From positions 32,001 through 96,000 of IMG/VR virus record IMGVR_UViG_3300045988_146774: a DNA stretch of 64,000 bases; one strand, written 5' to 3'. Each line of letters begins with the position of its first letter. Positions within the stretch are counted from its first letter, which is position 1. The position numbers were made by a program, and so were the translations under genes. The notes under the pieces are model-generated. The model did no database searches and was not told the DNA's origin. It saw only the letters and a list, made by a program, of their open reading frames with translations. Positions 16,709 through 26,731 of this stretch are shown in pieces. The DNA is from a virus.

Positions 16709-17680
16709 TTGAAAGGAAGTGGAAAGTTGGCAGAACGAAGCAAAAGAATACAGATATATGATAAAGAAAAAATGGAGCATATAAATCCAGAAACATTAAA
16801 ATTATTTCAAAAATATCAGATAGATATGTCTATTAGAGATTTATCAGAAAATAGCATACAGGCATATAATGCAGACTTAAAGCAGTGGTTCATCTTTATG
16901 TATGATAATCAATTTAATCTATCTGTTCTTGAAGCTACAGAAGATGATATTACTGAATATTATTATTGGCGAAAGCAAAAAGGCAATAATGTAAATCGCC
17001 AAAAAAGGGTCATGGCTTCAATCTCTGCATTTTATAAATTTCTCAGAAAAAAGAAACTTGTTGTAGAATCTCCTGTGGAATTTATTGATAGACCGAAAGC
17101 AGGACAACCGATTGCTGTACAAACATATCTTACAAAAGAACAAGTGCAATTAATGCGTGAAAAACTCGAAGAATATGGAGATATTCAATTGCAGTTATAT
17201 GCTTTTCTCTCACTAACTACAATGGCAAGAGTTAATGCAATTGCAAGTCTTAAATGGGATCAAGTTGATTTTGATGAAAGAATATGTAGTAACGTATTAG
17301 AAAAAGAAGGAAAAATTGTAGAATTAAGTTTCAGCAAAGAAACTAAAGAATATATGGAAAAATTGATTCAATATCGAAAAGAAAATGGTATTGATGATCA
17401 CGGTAGGTTATTTATTACTCCATATGTCACAGAAGACAAACCGATAAGAAACAGTACATTAAATGATTGGTGTAAAAAGATTGGAAATATGATAGGCGTT
17501 CCGACACTGCACCCACACGATTTTCGCCACAGCTATGCGACACTTTTAAAGAACGAGGGAGTTAGTCTTGAAGATGTATCTACTATGCTCAATCATTCTG
17601 GCACTGATGTCACGAAGAAGTTCTATATTAAGGTTGATACATCAAAAGTACGAAAACTTAAAGATAGTATTGATATTTAA
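16709..17680 (+). CDS. tyrosine recombinase / integrase (XerC/D-like)
   Basis: 323 aa. N-terminal SAM-like core-binding region, and catalytic-domain motifs ...ARVNAIASLKW..., HPHDFRHSYAT and the C-terminal ...VTKKFYIKV tyrosine region. Confidence 0.8.
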   Translation: MKGSGKLAERSKRIQIYDKEKMEHINPETLKLFQKYQIDMSIRDLSENSIQAYNADLKQWFIFMYDNQFNLSVLEATEDDITEYYYWRKQKGNNVNRQKRVMASISAFYKFLRKKKLVVESPVEFIDRPKAGQPIAVQTYLTKEQVQLMREKLEEYGDIQLQLYAFLSLTTMARVNAIASLKWDQVDFDERICSNVLEKEGKIVELSFSKETKEYMEKLIQYRKENGIDDHGRLFITPYVTEDKPIRNSTLNDWCKKIGNMIGVPTLHPHDFRHSYATLLKNEGVSLEDVSTMLNHSGTDVTKKFYIKVDTSKVRKLKDSIDI

Positions 17681-17993
17681 ATAATTTGAAAAATATTTCG
17701 CTGATGGTGGAATCAAAAAGGTTGAACAAAAGTCCCTTTCTGATTTATAAACAACAATCAAGTCATAATATTCAGGTTGTAAGGATAGCATCATATGGTG
17801 TTCTAGTTAGAGAATATTATATTGAACAAAAATCTTCGAGATTTTTACTAGGGATTGTGCTTGCACAAAACTAGATTTGAGCTTATGTTATGACTGCTAT
17901 GCGGTATGGATTTGCTGCGATCCATAAATAAAGCAGAGCGATAAAGCGGTGCTTCACTACCATTAAATGTGAACCTTTATGGAGAGTGTACTA

Positions 17994-18003
17994 CTCTCCT
18001 ATT
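17994..18003 (+). promoter_or_regulatory. CTCTYCTATT motif copy
   Basis: Exact CTCTCCTATT. It is the 3' arm of GGAGAGT(17981-87)/ACTCTCC(17993-99). The tRNA-like gene starts 3 nt later. Confidence 0.5.
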
Positions 18004-18005
18004 TT

Positions 18006-18088
18006 GGGTAGGTATGCCTAGAGGCGAGGGCAAGGCTCTGTAAAAGCCCCACAAAGAAACACCGCAGGTTCGACTCCTGCTCTGCCCA
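18006..18088 (+). tRNA. class-II-length tRNA-like gene with GUA (Tyr) anticodon and atypical variable region
   Basis: Acceptor GGGTAGG/TCTGCCC (two G-U pairs), anticodon loop CTGTAAA, T-arm GCAGG-TTCGACT-CCTGC. The 14-nt variable region (C/A only) cannot pair and the anticodon stem has an A-C mismatch. Confidence 0.45.
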
Positions 18089-18092
18089 CTAT

Positions 18093-18182
18093 GACGCATT
18101 AATCCTAAATGGTAAGGAATTAGTCTTGAAAACTAATAGTAGCCGAGTAATCGGTGTCTCTGTTCGAGTCAGAGATGCGTCG
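18093..18182 (+). tRNA. tRNA-Ser(UGA): tRNA-Ser (UGA)
   Basis: Perfect 7-bp acceptor GACGCAT/ATGCGTC, 3-bp D-stem, anticodon arm TTAGT-CTTGAAA-ACTAA, long variable arm GCCGA-GTAA-TCGGT, T-arm CTCTG-TTCGAGT-CAGAG. Confidence 0.8.
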
Positions 18183-18343
18183 TTTTTGTCATTAAAATGA
18201 CGTAAGAATGATGATAACATTCTGACTTTGGTAGCTCGTCACTGCTAATTAAAAATAAAATATTATAGTAAAGAAATAGGCATTTCATACTTTGTGTGTG
18301 GAATGGCTTTTTATTATGGAATAAATGAAAGGAAGTGATTATT

Positions 18344-19402
18344 ATGGCTAATTTACGACAATCAAAGACTGATGAAGAAATTAAAAAGCTAACTGTGAAT
18401 AATGTAAAAAAAGCATATCATGAATTGGCTATGGATTATAATCATCTTCTTGATTTAGATTATGTCTACTGTCCACATTGCGGAAAATGGAAATCTTCAA
18501 AAACTTTTTATACATCGAAGGAAACTAAAAGTGGCATAGAACATTTTGCTTGTAAAAGTTGCATTTTAGATATGTGTACAGATGTTGATAAAAATGGAAG
18601 TCGTACTGACAATAAACAAAAAACAATTGATACTTTTAGAAGATTGGATTGGAAATTTTCGGATGCTGATTATGAATCGCAATTAGATTCTTTATCAGAA
18701 GGAACAGGGGAAAAAATTAGAGCGACCGCTGCTCAACAGCTTATTGTTATGGTTCGTTCATTACCTCAATATCAGAATAAACATTGGAGTGATTCTGAAT
18801 TTGCTATTGATGATGTAGAAAATAACACAGAGGAAAATGTACGTATTGTGCAAAAGACATTACGAGCTGCAAAAAAAAGATTTGGAACAGATTATAATGA
18901 TGAAGAGTTAATGTTCTTAGAAAATGAATATCAAGATTGGATTTCAAGATATGATTGTTCCCAAAAAGCACAAGAAGAAACTTTTCAAAATTTATCAATT
19001 TTAAAATTGATGAAACGTAACGCTATAAGGAAAGGTGCTTCAACAAAAGACCTAGATTATTCCTACCAACAATGGCTTGATACTGGAAACCTCAAACCAA
19101 AACAAAATACTCTTGATACTTTTTCAGATGCACAGACAATGGGAACATTAATTCAAAAATATGAAGAAACACGCCCTCTTCCTGACGTAGATCCAGAACT
19201 TGCAGATGTAGATAAAATTGGTACATATATCGATGCGTTTTATAGAGGACATGCCTCAAAAATGTTAGGTTTAAAAAATAGATTTTCGAATATATACGAA
19301 AAAGTAATGGCTAAATATGCTGTAAAACAACCATCTTATGATGAAGAAACTGATAGTGAAATCTTATTTGATAAGATTTTTGGAAATAAAGAAGATGAAT
19401 AA
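18344..19402 (+). CDS. hypothetical zinc-ribbon protein, possible small terminase subunit (by position only)
   Basis: ATG at 18344 lies 9 nt after AAAGGAAG. CPHCG...CKSC motif. It ends 2 nt before terL. Confidence 0.35.
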   Translation: MANLRQSKTDEEIKKLTVNNVKKAYHELAMDYNHLLDLDYVYCPHCGKWKSSKTFYTSKETKSGIEHFACKSCILDMCTDVDKNGSRTDNKQKTIDTFRRLDWKFSDADYESQLDSLSEGTGEKIRATAAQQLIVMVRSLPQYQNKHWSDSEFAIDDVENNTEENVRIVQKTLRAAKKRFGTDYNDEELMFLENEYQDWISRYDCSQKAQEETFQNLSILKLMKRNAIRKGASTKDLDYSYQQWLDTGNLKPKQNTLDTFSDAQTMGTLIQKYEETRPLPDVDPELADVDKIGTYIDAFYRGHASKMLGLKNRFSNIYEKVMAKYAVKQPSYDEETDSEILFDKIFGNKEDE

Positions 19403-19404
19403 TT

Positions 19405-21180
19405 ATGGCTACTTCAAAGAAAGATAAAAAGAAATCATTACAAGAAGTATATCATGAAAAATCTGAACGTGTTTTAGAGGGTGTTGCTTACTGGGCTTCA
19501 TTTTATAGAAAAAATCCGCAAAGATTTGTACTTGAATATTTAAATGTGAAATTAAAGTTATTCCAAAAAATATTGATATACATGATGATGATAAGCACGA
19601 ATTTCATGTATATAGCCAGCCGTGGTTCTGGTAAAACATGGCTAACTTCTTTATATTGTGTTGTGCGCTGCATCTTGTACCCTGGGACAAAAATCTGTGT
19701 AGCTTCTGGGTACAAATCCCAATCGCTAGAGGTTATTCAAAAGATCAATGATGATTTTATGAAAAATTATGGTTGGGGTTCTGCTAATCTTCGATCTGAA
19801 ATATTGGAAATATCTACTTCTATTAATAATGCCCATGTTGATTTCCGAAATGGTAGTTGGATAAAAATTGTTAGTTCTAATGACTCAGCTCGCCATAACC
19901 GTGCAACGCTCATAGTTGTGGACGAATTTAGGATGGTTGATTTAAATACAATAAATACAGTTCTTAGAAAATTCTTAACAGCACCTAGACATCCTGGGTA
20001 TCTTGACAATCCCAAATATGAACATTTGCAAGAACGAAATATTGAAATGTATATGAGTTCCGCTTGGTATAAATCCCATTGGAGTTATGAAAAATTAAAA
20101 GCTTATTATGCAAATATGTTAGATGATACTAAACGTTACTTTTGTTGTGGACTTCCTTATAATTTAGCTATAAAAGAAGGTCTTTTGTCTCGTGAGCAAG
20201 TTGAAGATGAAATGTCTGAAGCTGACTTTGATCCAACCGCATTTAAAATGGAAATGGGTGCTGAATGGTTTGGGGATACGGATGGAGCTTTTTTCAAATT
20301 CGATGATATTTCTCCAAGAAGAAAAATTAAGAATTCTTTTTATCCACTTGAAATTTATCGAAATCATAAAATAAAAATCCCAGAATTGGTAACTAATGAA
20401 CGAAGAATATTGTCTGTTGACGTTGCATTATTAGCAAGCAAAAAACATAACAATGACGCAGCTGCATTAATTATAAATTCTGCTATTCCTACAGATAAAA
20501 ATGATTATATATCAAATATAGTTTATATAGAAACACATGAAGGTATGACAACTGATGAGTTGGGAATTCTTACAATGCGTTTATTCTATCAATTTAAATG
20601 CACTGATTTAGTTTTGGATACAAATGGGCAAGGTATTGGTGTTTATGATTTTATTATAAAACCTCAGTACGATGCAGATTATGGCGTTACTTATGATGCA
20701 ATGACATGTATTAATGATGATAATATGGCAGATAGATGTAAAGTCAGAGGTGCAAATAAAGTTATATGGTCTGTAAAAGCAACTGCTGATTTTAATAATA
20801 AGGCAGCATTGGCTCTTAGAGCAGGTTTTCAGAATGGTTCTATTAATCTTTTGACATCAGAATTTGAGGCTGAAGAATTAGTGAAGAAAATTAGGGGATA
20901 TTCAAAAATGTCGTCTATGGAACAATCTATGCTTAAACTTCCATATATACAGACTTCTTTGATGGTAAACGAATTGATTAATCTGGATCACGAAATAAAA
21001 GGTACAAATATTAGAATCATTGAAAGACCAGGCATGAGAAAAGACCGTTTTTCTGCATTGGAGTATAATTTTAAAATATGTCAAGATTTGGCGTTAAAAT
21101 TAAAACCAAAAAACCAGTCATCACAAGATATTTCAAAACTTTTCTCTATACGAGCACCTAAAAAGGTAACAAGATTTTAA
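19405..21180 (+). CDS. terL: terminase large subunit
   Basis: 591 aa. Walker A-like ASRGSGKTW, Walker B-like TLIVVDEF, C-terminal RNaseH-like nuclease residues (LSVDVA, LDTNGQG). Followed by a portal-sized gene. Confidence 0.85.
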   Translation: MATSKKDKKKSLQEVYHEKSERVLEGVAYWASFYRKNPQRFVLEYLNVKLKLFQKILIYMMMISTNFMYIASRGSGKTWLTSLYCVVRCILYPGTKICVASGYKSQSLEVIQKINDDFMKNYGWGSANLRSEILEISTSINNAHVDFRNGSWIKIVSSNDSARHNRATLIVVDEFRMVDLNTINTVLRKFLTAPRHPGYLDNPKYEHLQERNIEMYMSSAWYKSHWSYEKLKAYYANMLDDTKRYFCCGLPYNLAIKEGLLSREQVEDEMSEADFDPTAFKMEMGAEWFGDTDGAFFKFDDISPRRKIKNSFYPLEIYRNHKIKIPELVTNERRILSVDVALLASKKHNNDAAALIINSAIPTDKNDYISNIVYIETHEGMTTDELGILTMRLFYQFKCTDLVLDTNGQGIGVYDFIIKPQYDADYGVTYDAMTCINDDNMADRCKVRGANKVIWSVKATADFNNKAALALRAGFQNGSINLLTSEFEAEELVKKIRGYSKMSSMEQSMLKLPYIQTSLMVNELINLDHEIKGTNIRIIERPGMRKDRFSALEYNFKICQDLALKLKPKNQSSQDISKLFSIRAPKKVTRF

Positions 21181-21200
21181 GAAAGGAGGTATGGCAAAAC

Positions 21201-22769
21201 TTGAGTGAAAAAACAAAAGAACCTATTGTACAAAAGGTTTACACAAAAACAGATGAATCTGGCTATGAAGTAGAACGAAAACGAGCGCAAAAAATAAATT
21301 TTGCTAAGTTTCAGGAATTGTTGCAGAGGAATGTTACAAAAACTGTTTCTAAAACTTATACTCAATACACGAGAGATTTATTAGATCAATATGTACAATC
21401 TCCTCTTAATAATATAGATAATATTCGTGAAGTTTCTCGTTTCTTAACAAGAGTATCAATGCTTTATAAGCAGATGATATCTTATTTCTCTACTATGCCT
21501 CTTTATACATATAATATCACCCCCTTGGCAGATTATACTAAAGATTTTGATGTAGAAAAACAACTTAAAAATTATGAAAAGACATTAAAAATATTTCATC
21601 ATTTTAATATGGCAAAAGAATTGCAAAATGTGATTTCTAATACAATACGTGACGGAATGTATGTTGGATGGATGAGTGGTGACGACGAAAATGGAATTTT
21701 TCTTATGCCTTTAGATGTACAATATTGTCGTATTTATGGAAAAACTCAAGAAGGGGAATGGATAACATATTTTGATGCAGCATTTTTTGATAAATCAAAT
21801 AACAAAGATTTTATTAAAGGTGTGAACAATGATGGTGTTGGTGTGTGGGATCAAGTTTTTATTGATGGATATAATCAATATAAAACTGAAGGTAGAAACT
21901 ATGAATTTTTCCGTCTCCCACCAGAAAATACACTAACACTTATAGCAAGTACCGATGATGAATTTTATGTACCTCTTCCGTATTTCTTACCTTTATTCAA
22001 ATCCTTATTGAATCTTCTCGATACAGAAAATCTTGTTGTTGCGAAAGAAGAATTGCAGAATTACAAGTTAATTCTAAATAAAATTCCGTTACTTGATTCT
22101 GAAAACGTAGATGATTTTGCAATTAGTTTAGAACTTGTAAATCAGTTTGATCAAATGATTAAACAAATTCTTCCAGATTTAGTTGGTTGGGGAACAACAC
22201 CTTACGATTTAAGTCAAGTCATAGATTTCGAGAAATCTACTTCCGCTACTGATACAGATAACTTAAATAAAGCAATGAATAATCTTTTCGCAAATGCTGG
22301 AATTAATAAACTTATTGTAAGTTCTGGCGATTCGAGTAATGCGAATGGTATCAAATATTCAAATGCGAATGATCTTGGAAAGATTTCTGTGTACATAAGA
22401 CGAATCGAATCTTGGTTAAATTACTGGATTAAAAATCATATTACAGATGGCGTTTATTTACAGATTTTTGATCAAACACAATATAATCGAGATGATTATA
22501 TAAGTAGAATGAAGGATGCGAGTGCATTTGGTATTGGAAAAATGGATTATATGTGTGCATTAGGTGATGATCCATATGTTGCATACAACAAACTTCGGTT
22601 TGACACATTGGTTTTAAATATCAATCAATATGCTGTTCCATTTAATTCTTCATATACTCAATCATCTGATAATACAGGTGGTCATCCTGAGATTCCAGAT
22701 GATCAGTTGTCAGATGAAGGACAAGCAACTAGAGATTCTGGAAAAAATGAAGATAAAGGTAATAAATAA
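21201..22769 (+). CDS. portal protein (by position and size)
   Basis: 522 aa, immediately after terL. TTG start 11 nt after AAGGAGG. Confidence 0.55.
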   Translation: MSEKTKEPIVQKVYTKTDESGYEVERKRAQKINFAKFQELLQRNVTKTVSKTYTQYTRDLLDQYVQSPLNNIDNIREVSRFLTRVSMLYKQMISYFSTMPLYTYNITPLADYTKDFDVEKQLKNYEKTLKIFHHFNMAKELQNVISNTIRDGMYVGWMSGDDENGIFLMPLDVQYCRIYGKTQEGEWITYFDAAFFDKSNNKDFIKGVNNDGVGVWDQVFIDGYNQYKTEGRNYEFFRLPPENTLTLIASTDDEFYVPLPYFLPLFKSLLNLLDTENLVVAKEELQNYKLILNKIPLLDSENVDDFAISLELVNQFDQMIKQILPDLVGWGTTPYDLSQVIDFEKSTSATDTDNLNKAMNNLFANAGINKLIVSSGDSSNANGIKYSNANDLGKISVYIRRIESWLNYWIKNHITDGVYLQIFDQTQYNRDDYISRMKDASAFGIGKMDYMCALGDDPYVAYNKLRFDTLVLNINQYAVPFNSSYTQSSDNTGGHPEIPDDQLSDEGQATRDSGKNEDKGNK

Positions 22770-22869
22770 AATGAATTTTTATTTTGGAAAATAAATATTT
22801 TTATATGAAAAAGATACAGATTTGATAAATAATATAACCAAACAAATAACATGATCAAGAGGTGATGGC

Positions 22870-23055
22870 ATGAGAAATAATGATAATTTTATATTCACCT
22901 CGGATGAGGAAACAAGAAACAATTTATTAAGATTAGGATTTTCAGAAATTCCTTCTGGTAATTCTTTTTTTATATTTATAAACGATTCAATTTTAAAATT
23001 CGATGATACAATCCAAACAGACAAAATTGGGGTTACAAATAAGTTGATGTTTTAG
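22870..23055 (+). CDS. small hypothetical protein
   Basis: 61 aa with AGAGGTGA SD. Preferred over the overlapping minus ORF 22779..23024 because of the SD and co-orientation. Confidence 0.4.
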   Translation: MRNNDNFIFTSDEETRNNLLRLGFSEIPSGNSFFIFINDSILKFDDTIQTDKIGVTNKLMF

Positions 23056-23058
23056 CCA

Positions 23059-23068
23059 CTCTTCTATT
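23059..23068 (+). promoter_or_regulatory. CTCTYCTATT motif copy
   Basis: Exact CTCTTCTATT inside hairpin CCACTC-ttctatt-GAGTGG, 44 nt before the next start. Confidence 0.5.
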
Positions 23069-23111
23069 GAGTGGTATTTTTGTACCAAAATTTAGGAAAG
23101 GAGGTTAAAAA

Positions 23112-24887
23112 TTGAATAATCGATTACTTACATTAGAAGATTTATATGATTTCTATAGTAAGAAGAAAAAATCTTTAAAATTTAATGCAGAGAAATCTGG
23201 ATATAATATAGCAATTCAGACAAAGGCAACATTTGAAGTAAATGACGATTTATCAGAGGGATTGCTTTACGGAAAAATAAGAGCATTCCATGATTTAACA
23301 AACAACAATAAATCTCATATTGAAACAGATGTGTTGGAAGATAAAATGATGTCTATCAAAGATCGCCCAATTATGGCAGATATTGTTGACACTGGTGAAA
23401 CAGACGAAAATGGAGAGCCGATCAAAGATTTTTCTGGGCACACAATGTATTATGACGAAGATTCTGACAAAATGATTTATAAGGAAATTCCAGTTGGTCA
23501 CTTTATCAATCCTGAAAATATTCATCTGGAATATGATGAAAAACTGGATAGAAATTTTGTATGCTCTGATGTTGTTGTATATGAAGAATATACTGACACA
23601 TGTGAAATTTTGAGAAGGAGAAAAACTGTTGATTGCTCTGTAGAGCTTTGTATACGTGCAATGCATTGGGATAACACAGACAAAACTCTTCATCTCGATG
23701 ATTTCTATGTACAAGGTACAACTCTTCTTGGATCTAATGTTCTGCCCGGAATGAGTGGGAGTAAATTAACTCTTAAAGATTTTTCAGAAGAAAATAATTC
23801 GATCTTCTCTTCTATTTTGGAAGATGAACATTCAAAATTGATTGAAACTTTAGATAAATTAAATAAAACATTATCTAGTCTCAATATAGAACCAAAAACA
23901 AATCAAATCGAAAAATTTGAGAAAGGAGGAAATAAAAAGATAGATATGACGAAATTTGAAGAACTTTTAAAGAAATATAACAAAAAAACTGAAGACATAA
24001 CCTTTGAATATGAAGAATTGTCGGACGAAGAACTTGAAAAGGCATTCTCAACTGCTTTTGCTGAATCTGATAATAACGATGGAAAAGATTCTGACATTGA
24101 AGACGATGACAAGGAAACAAAAGAAAACCACTCGGAAGATGATAAGAAAGATGACACTGATTCTGATACGGATGATGAGCCGGAAAATTCCGATGAGGAT
24201 GCGACAGATGATTCTAATGACTCTGACGATGTAGATTCTGATAAAAAAGATGATGAAAAAAAAGAAAACGAGTCATGTAAAGATAAGGAAAAATATTCAA
24301 AAACTTTTGAATTGTCTCATGATGATATTCGAAGTGCACTTTATAAGTTAGTAGCACCTCTTGAAGAAACATTAAATGAATGCTATTGGATTGTATCTGT
24401 ATATGATAAGTATTTTATTTATCAGTCTTGTTATGGCAATTATTATGAACAGGAATATACGAAAGAAAATGATACAGTAGCATTATCCGGTGAACGTCAG
24501 GAGGTATTTGCCGAGTTTGTTACGACAGAAGAAAAGGCAGAACTTGATGAAATGAGAGCTAACTATTCTTCTATTTCAGAGAAGCTTTCTAAATATGAAG
24601 AAGCGGAGGAAATTGCAGATAAAATGACTGTGTTTGAGGATGCTGCTTATGAAAAATATTTGGACACAGAAGAATTTAAATCTCTTATGAAGAAAGAAAA
24701 TGTAAAGAAATTTACAAAAAAGGAATTAGCTGAAAAAGCTGACGCTGCATTTGGCAAGCTCGTTAAGACAACTAAAAACTTCTCAATGAGTGAAGAAAAA
24801 GAAAAGAAAGAAAACAAACCATCTTTCTTTGCTTTTGCAAAAGTTGAGGATGAATCATCTTTCTTGGATGGTTTATTAAAAAAATAA
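23112..24887 (+). CDS. putative scaffolding protein (possibly a prohead protease-scaffold fusion)
   Basis: 591 aa, TTG start after AAGGAGG. Globular N-terminus, very acidic D/E/K-rich centre and a coiled-coil C-terminus, located between the portal and capsid genes. Confidence 0.45.
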   Translation: MNNRLLTLEDLYDFYSKKKKSLKFNAEKSGYNIAIQTKATFEVNDDLSEGLLYGKIRAFHDLTNNNKSHIETDVLEDKMMSIKDRPIMADIVDTGETDENGEPIKDFSGHTMYYDEDSDKMIYKEIPVGHFINPENIHLEYDEKLDRNFVCSDVVVYEEYTDTCEILRRRKTVDCSVELCIRAMHWDNTDKTLHLDDFYVQGTTLLGSNVLPGMSGSKLTLKDFSEENNSIFSSILEDEHSKLIETLDKLNKTLSSLNIEPKTNQIEKFEKGGNKKIDMTKFEELLKKYNKKTEDITFEYEELSDEELEKAFSTAFAESDNNDGKDSDIEDDDKETKENHSEDDKKDDTDSDTDDEPENSDEDATDDSNDSDDVDSDKKDDEKKENESCKDKEKYSKTFELSHDDIRSALYKLVAPLEETLNECYWIVSVYDKYFIYQSCYGNYYEQEYTKENDTVALSGERQEVFAEFVTTEEKAELDEMRANYSSISEKLSKYEEAEEIADKMTVFEDAAYEKYLDTEEFKSLMKKENVKKFTKKELAEKADAAFGKLVKTTKNFSMSEEKEKKENKPSFFAFAKVEDESSFLDGLLKK

Positions 24888-24905
24888 ATAAGATAAATAA
24901 CTTTT

Positions 24906-24931
24906 AGATCGCAAATATGCGGTCTTTTTTA
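24906..24931 (+). terminator. rho-independent terminator
   Basis: AGATCGC/GCGGTCT stem followed by T6. Confidence 0.6.
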
Positions 24932-24961
24932 TTGTAAAAAATTAATCAAGGAGGAAATGCA

Positions 24962-25549
24962 ATGATTTATACAAATCTTGAAGCAAAAGAAGCAAATAAG
25001 CACGGCATGTTTGAATCAAACCATCTTCTCGCTACAGACGTGGGAGATATCTTTGATGTAGTTGTCCGTGATTCTAGTGAAAACCCAATCGATGTAGATA
25101 ATGGTGTTCCGGTTAAAATTGGAGAATTTACAGGAAATGGATATGAGGAAAGATATGCAACAATCGCAGGAGTAAAAGATGCAATTGCTGTTATTGGTTC
25201 TCCGGCAGAAGTAAAAACAGCTCTTACAACAGAACAGGGACAGGCTTACAACTATGTAAATAAAGCAGGAAAACCTGCAAAGGCATACAGAATTCAGGAT
25301 GATGAGTATCATACAGATATTTTTGCTGTAGCTGATTATCAGTTTACGACAGAATCAGCAGACAAAGTAAAAGTTGGTGCTCTTGTTACAACTGATGGAA
25401 AAGGTATGTATGTCGCACAGGAAGATAGTGCTACTGTTACTACCCTTTCAACAACTAACGGATTCATCGGAAGAGTTCATAGTATTTCAGCTGGTACATA
25501 TTACACAATGGTTCGTATTCAGGTTCTTCAGAATAAGACCGTAGCTTAA
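24962..25549 (+). CDS. head-associated structural protein (possible decoration protein)
   Basis: 195 aa, AAGGAGG SD, directly upstream of the capsid-sized gene. Assigned by position only. Confidence 0.35.
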   Translation: MIYTNLEAKEANKHGMFESNHLLATDVGDIFDVVVRDSSENPIDVDNGVPVKIGEFTGNGYEERYATIAGVKDAIAVIGSPAEVKTALTTEQGQAYNYVNKAGKPAKAYRIQDDEYHTDIFAVADYQFTTESADKVKVGALVTTDGKGMYVAQEDSATVTTLSTTNGFIGRVHSISAGTYYTMVRIQVLQNKTVA

Positions 25550-25569
25550 TTGAAAGGAGGATTAAATAA

Positions 25570-26673
25570 ATGAAAGATATTACATGTTTTAGCGCAAATG
25601 TTTTAGCACAGTTCGATAATAAATATGATAACATTCTTGAATTCAATTCACTTATGATGGATGCAAGTAATGGTATCTATGAGAAATATTCTAAGGAAGA
25701 TACTCAGACTATTCTTAGAAATCAGTTTGATAAGATTATGGGTATCAACTTCAAATCTGCTACAAATATGAAACGTAGACAGGCTTGGAGAGACCACAAC
25801 AAAGAAATTGCATCTCTTATTGAGGATGTAATTGCGGATAAAATGAATTCTGGATGGAATTCAGCAAATGCTCGTTTTATGGAGTATGTTGACGAGAGAA
25901 ATATTGCAGAAGGAGATGCTAATGAGTTCTATGTTGAAGATAATTCCCTTCTGACAGTATCTAAATTTGCTGGAAATCATCATGACTTGCTCCGTCAGTC
26001 AGTAAAACCGGGAAAGGCGTTTTCTATTGATACATCATTCTATGGAGTAAAAGTATACACAGATTTCGTACTTTTCCAGACAGGTAGAGTTGATTTCGCA
26101 GCTCTTGTAGACAAGATGTATAAAGCTATTGAAGAAAATAGATATGCTGCTCTTTACACTGCATTTATGGGAATGGACGCTTCTCTTCCGACAGATATGA
26201 AACTTGAAACAACTGCTGTTGAAGCAAGTAAAGATAATATTATTGCAAAAATCGAAGCTGTTTCTGCTGCTACTGGTAAGGACGTAATTCTTGTTGGTGC
26301 AAGACCGGCTATTCAGAAACTCCAGAACACAGTTACATATAATATGTTCTCTGATGCAATGAAGGATGAAAGAAACAAAAACGGTATTCTTGGAAACTGG
26401 GAAGGATATGAATGTCTTCCGCTTGCAAGAGTAAATAAGGCTGGCACAAGAGAAAGTGTATTCTCAACAGACGATCAGAAAAAGGTATTTATTCTTCCTG
26501 TCGATCCAGAGTTCAAACCAATTAAGAGAGTAAACGAAGGAGACGTTATGTACTACGAAACAGGTATGGATGGTCTTAAGAAAGATATGACTGTTGATGC
26601 AGAGGTAGTATATCAGGAAGGTATTGGAGTTGTAATTAACGAACTCTTTGGAGAAATTAAATTTACATCTTAA
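25570..26673 (+). CDS. major capsid protein (by position and size)
   Basis: 367 aa, AAGGAGG SD, follows the scaffold and decoration-like genes and is followed by a hairpin. Confidence 0.6.
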   Translation: MKDITCFSANVLAQFDNKYDNILEFNSLMMDASNGIYEKYSKEDTQTILRNQFDKIMGINFKSATNMKRRQAWRDHNKEIASLIEDVIADKMNSGWNSANARFMEYVDERNIAEGDANEFYVEDNSLLTVSKFAGNHHDLLRQSVKPGKAFSIDTSFYGVKVYTDFVLFQTGRVDFAALVDKMYKAIEENRYAALYTAFMGMDASLPTDMKLETTAVEASKDNIIAKIEAVSAATGKDVILVGARPAIQKLQNTVTYNMFSDAMKDERNKNGILGNWEGYECLPLARVNKAGTRESVFSTDDQKKVFILPVDPEFKPIKRVNEGDVMYYETGMDGLKKDMTVDAEVVYQEGIGVVINELFGEIKFTS

Positions 26674-26705
26674 GATAGACTAGCACATGGAGAGTGGTTT
26701 TACTA

Positions 26706-26715
26706 CTCTCCTATT
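26706..26715 (+). promoter_or_regulatory. CTCTYCTATT motif copy
   Basis: Exact CTCTCCTATT. It is the 3' arm of GGAGAGT(26689-95)/ACTCTCC(26705-11). An SD follows within 6 nt. Confidence 0.5.
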
Positions 26716-26731
26716 TTAAAGGAGAAAATGG

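Noticed and set aside
17686-17874. 62-aa ORF after the integrase gene
   Set aside because: TTG start without an SD, and the sequence looks low-complexity. The region is more likely regulatory or att-associated.
18093-18182. Long-variable-arm tRNA considered as a tRNA-Sec or opal suppressor for the 57055 TGA
   Set aside because: The anticodon is 5'-UGA-3', which reads the UCA Ser codon, not 5'-UCA-3'. The acceptor stem is a normal 7 bp.
21191-21208. ATG with an ideal AAGGAGG spacing that opens only a 5-codon ORF (MAKLE, then TGA) ahead of the portal gene
   Set aside because: Too short to be meaningful. The portal frame starts at the TTG at 21201, within reach of the same SD. A frameshifted portal start cannot be supported.
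19503-21365. Several 60-82-aa minus-strand or alternate-frame ORFs inside terL and the portal start
   Set aside because: They are antisense to, or out of frame with, a well-supported long gene. None has an SD.
22779-23024. 81-aa minus-strand ORF between the portal and scaffold genes
   Set aside because: It opposes the transcription direction of the module and has no SD. The overlapping + strand 61-aa ORF has one.
23295-24234. ORFs of 71-139 aa antisense or frame-shifted within the scaffold gene
   Set aside because: They arise from the low-complexity acidic GA(T/A)-rich coding repeat of the + strand gene.
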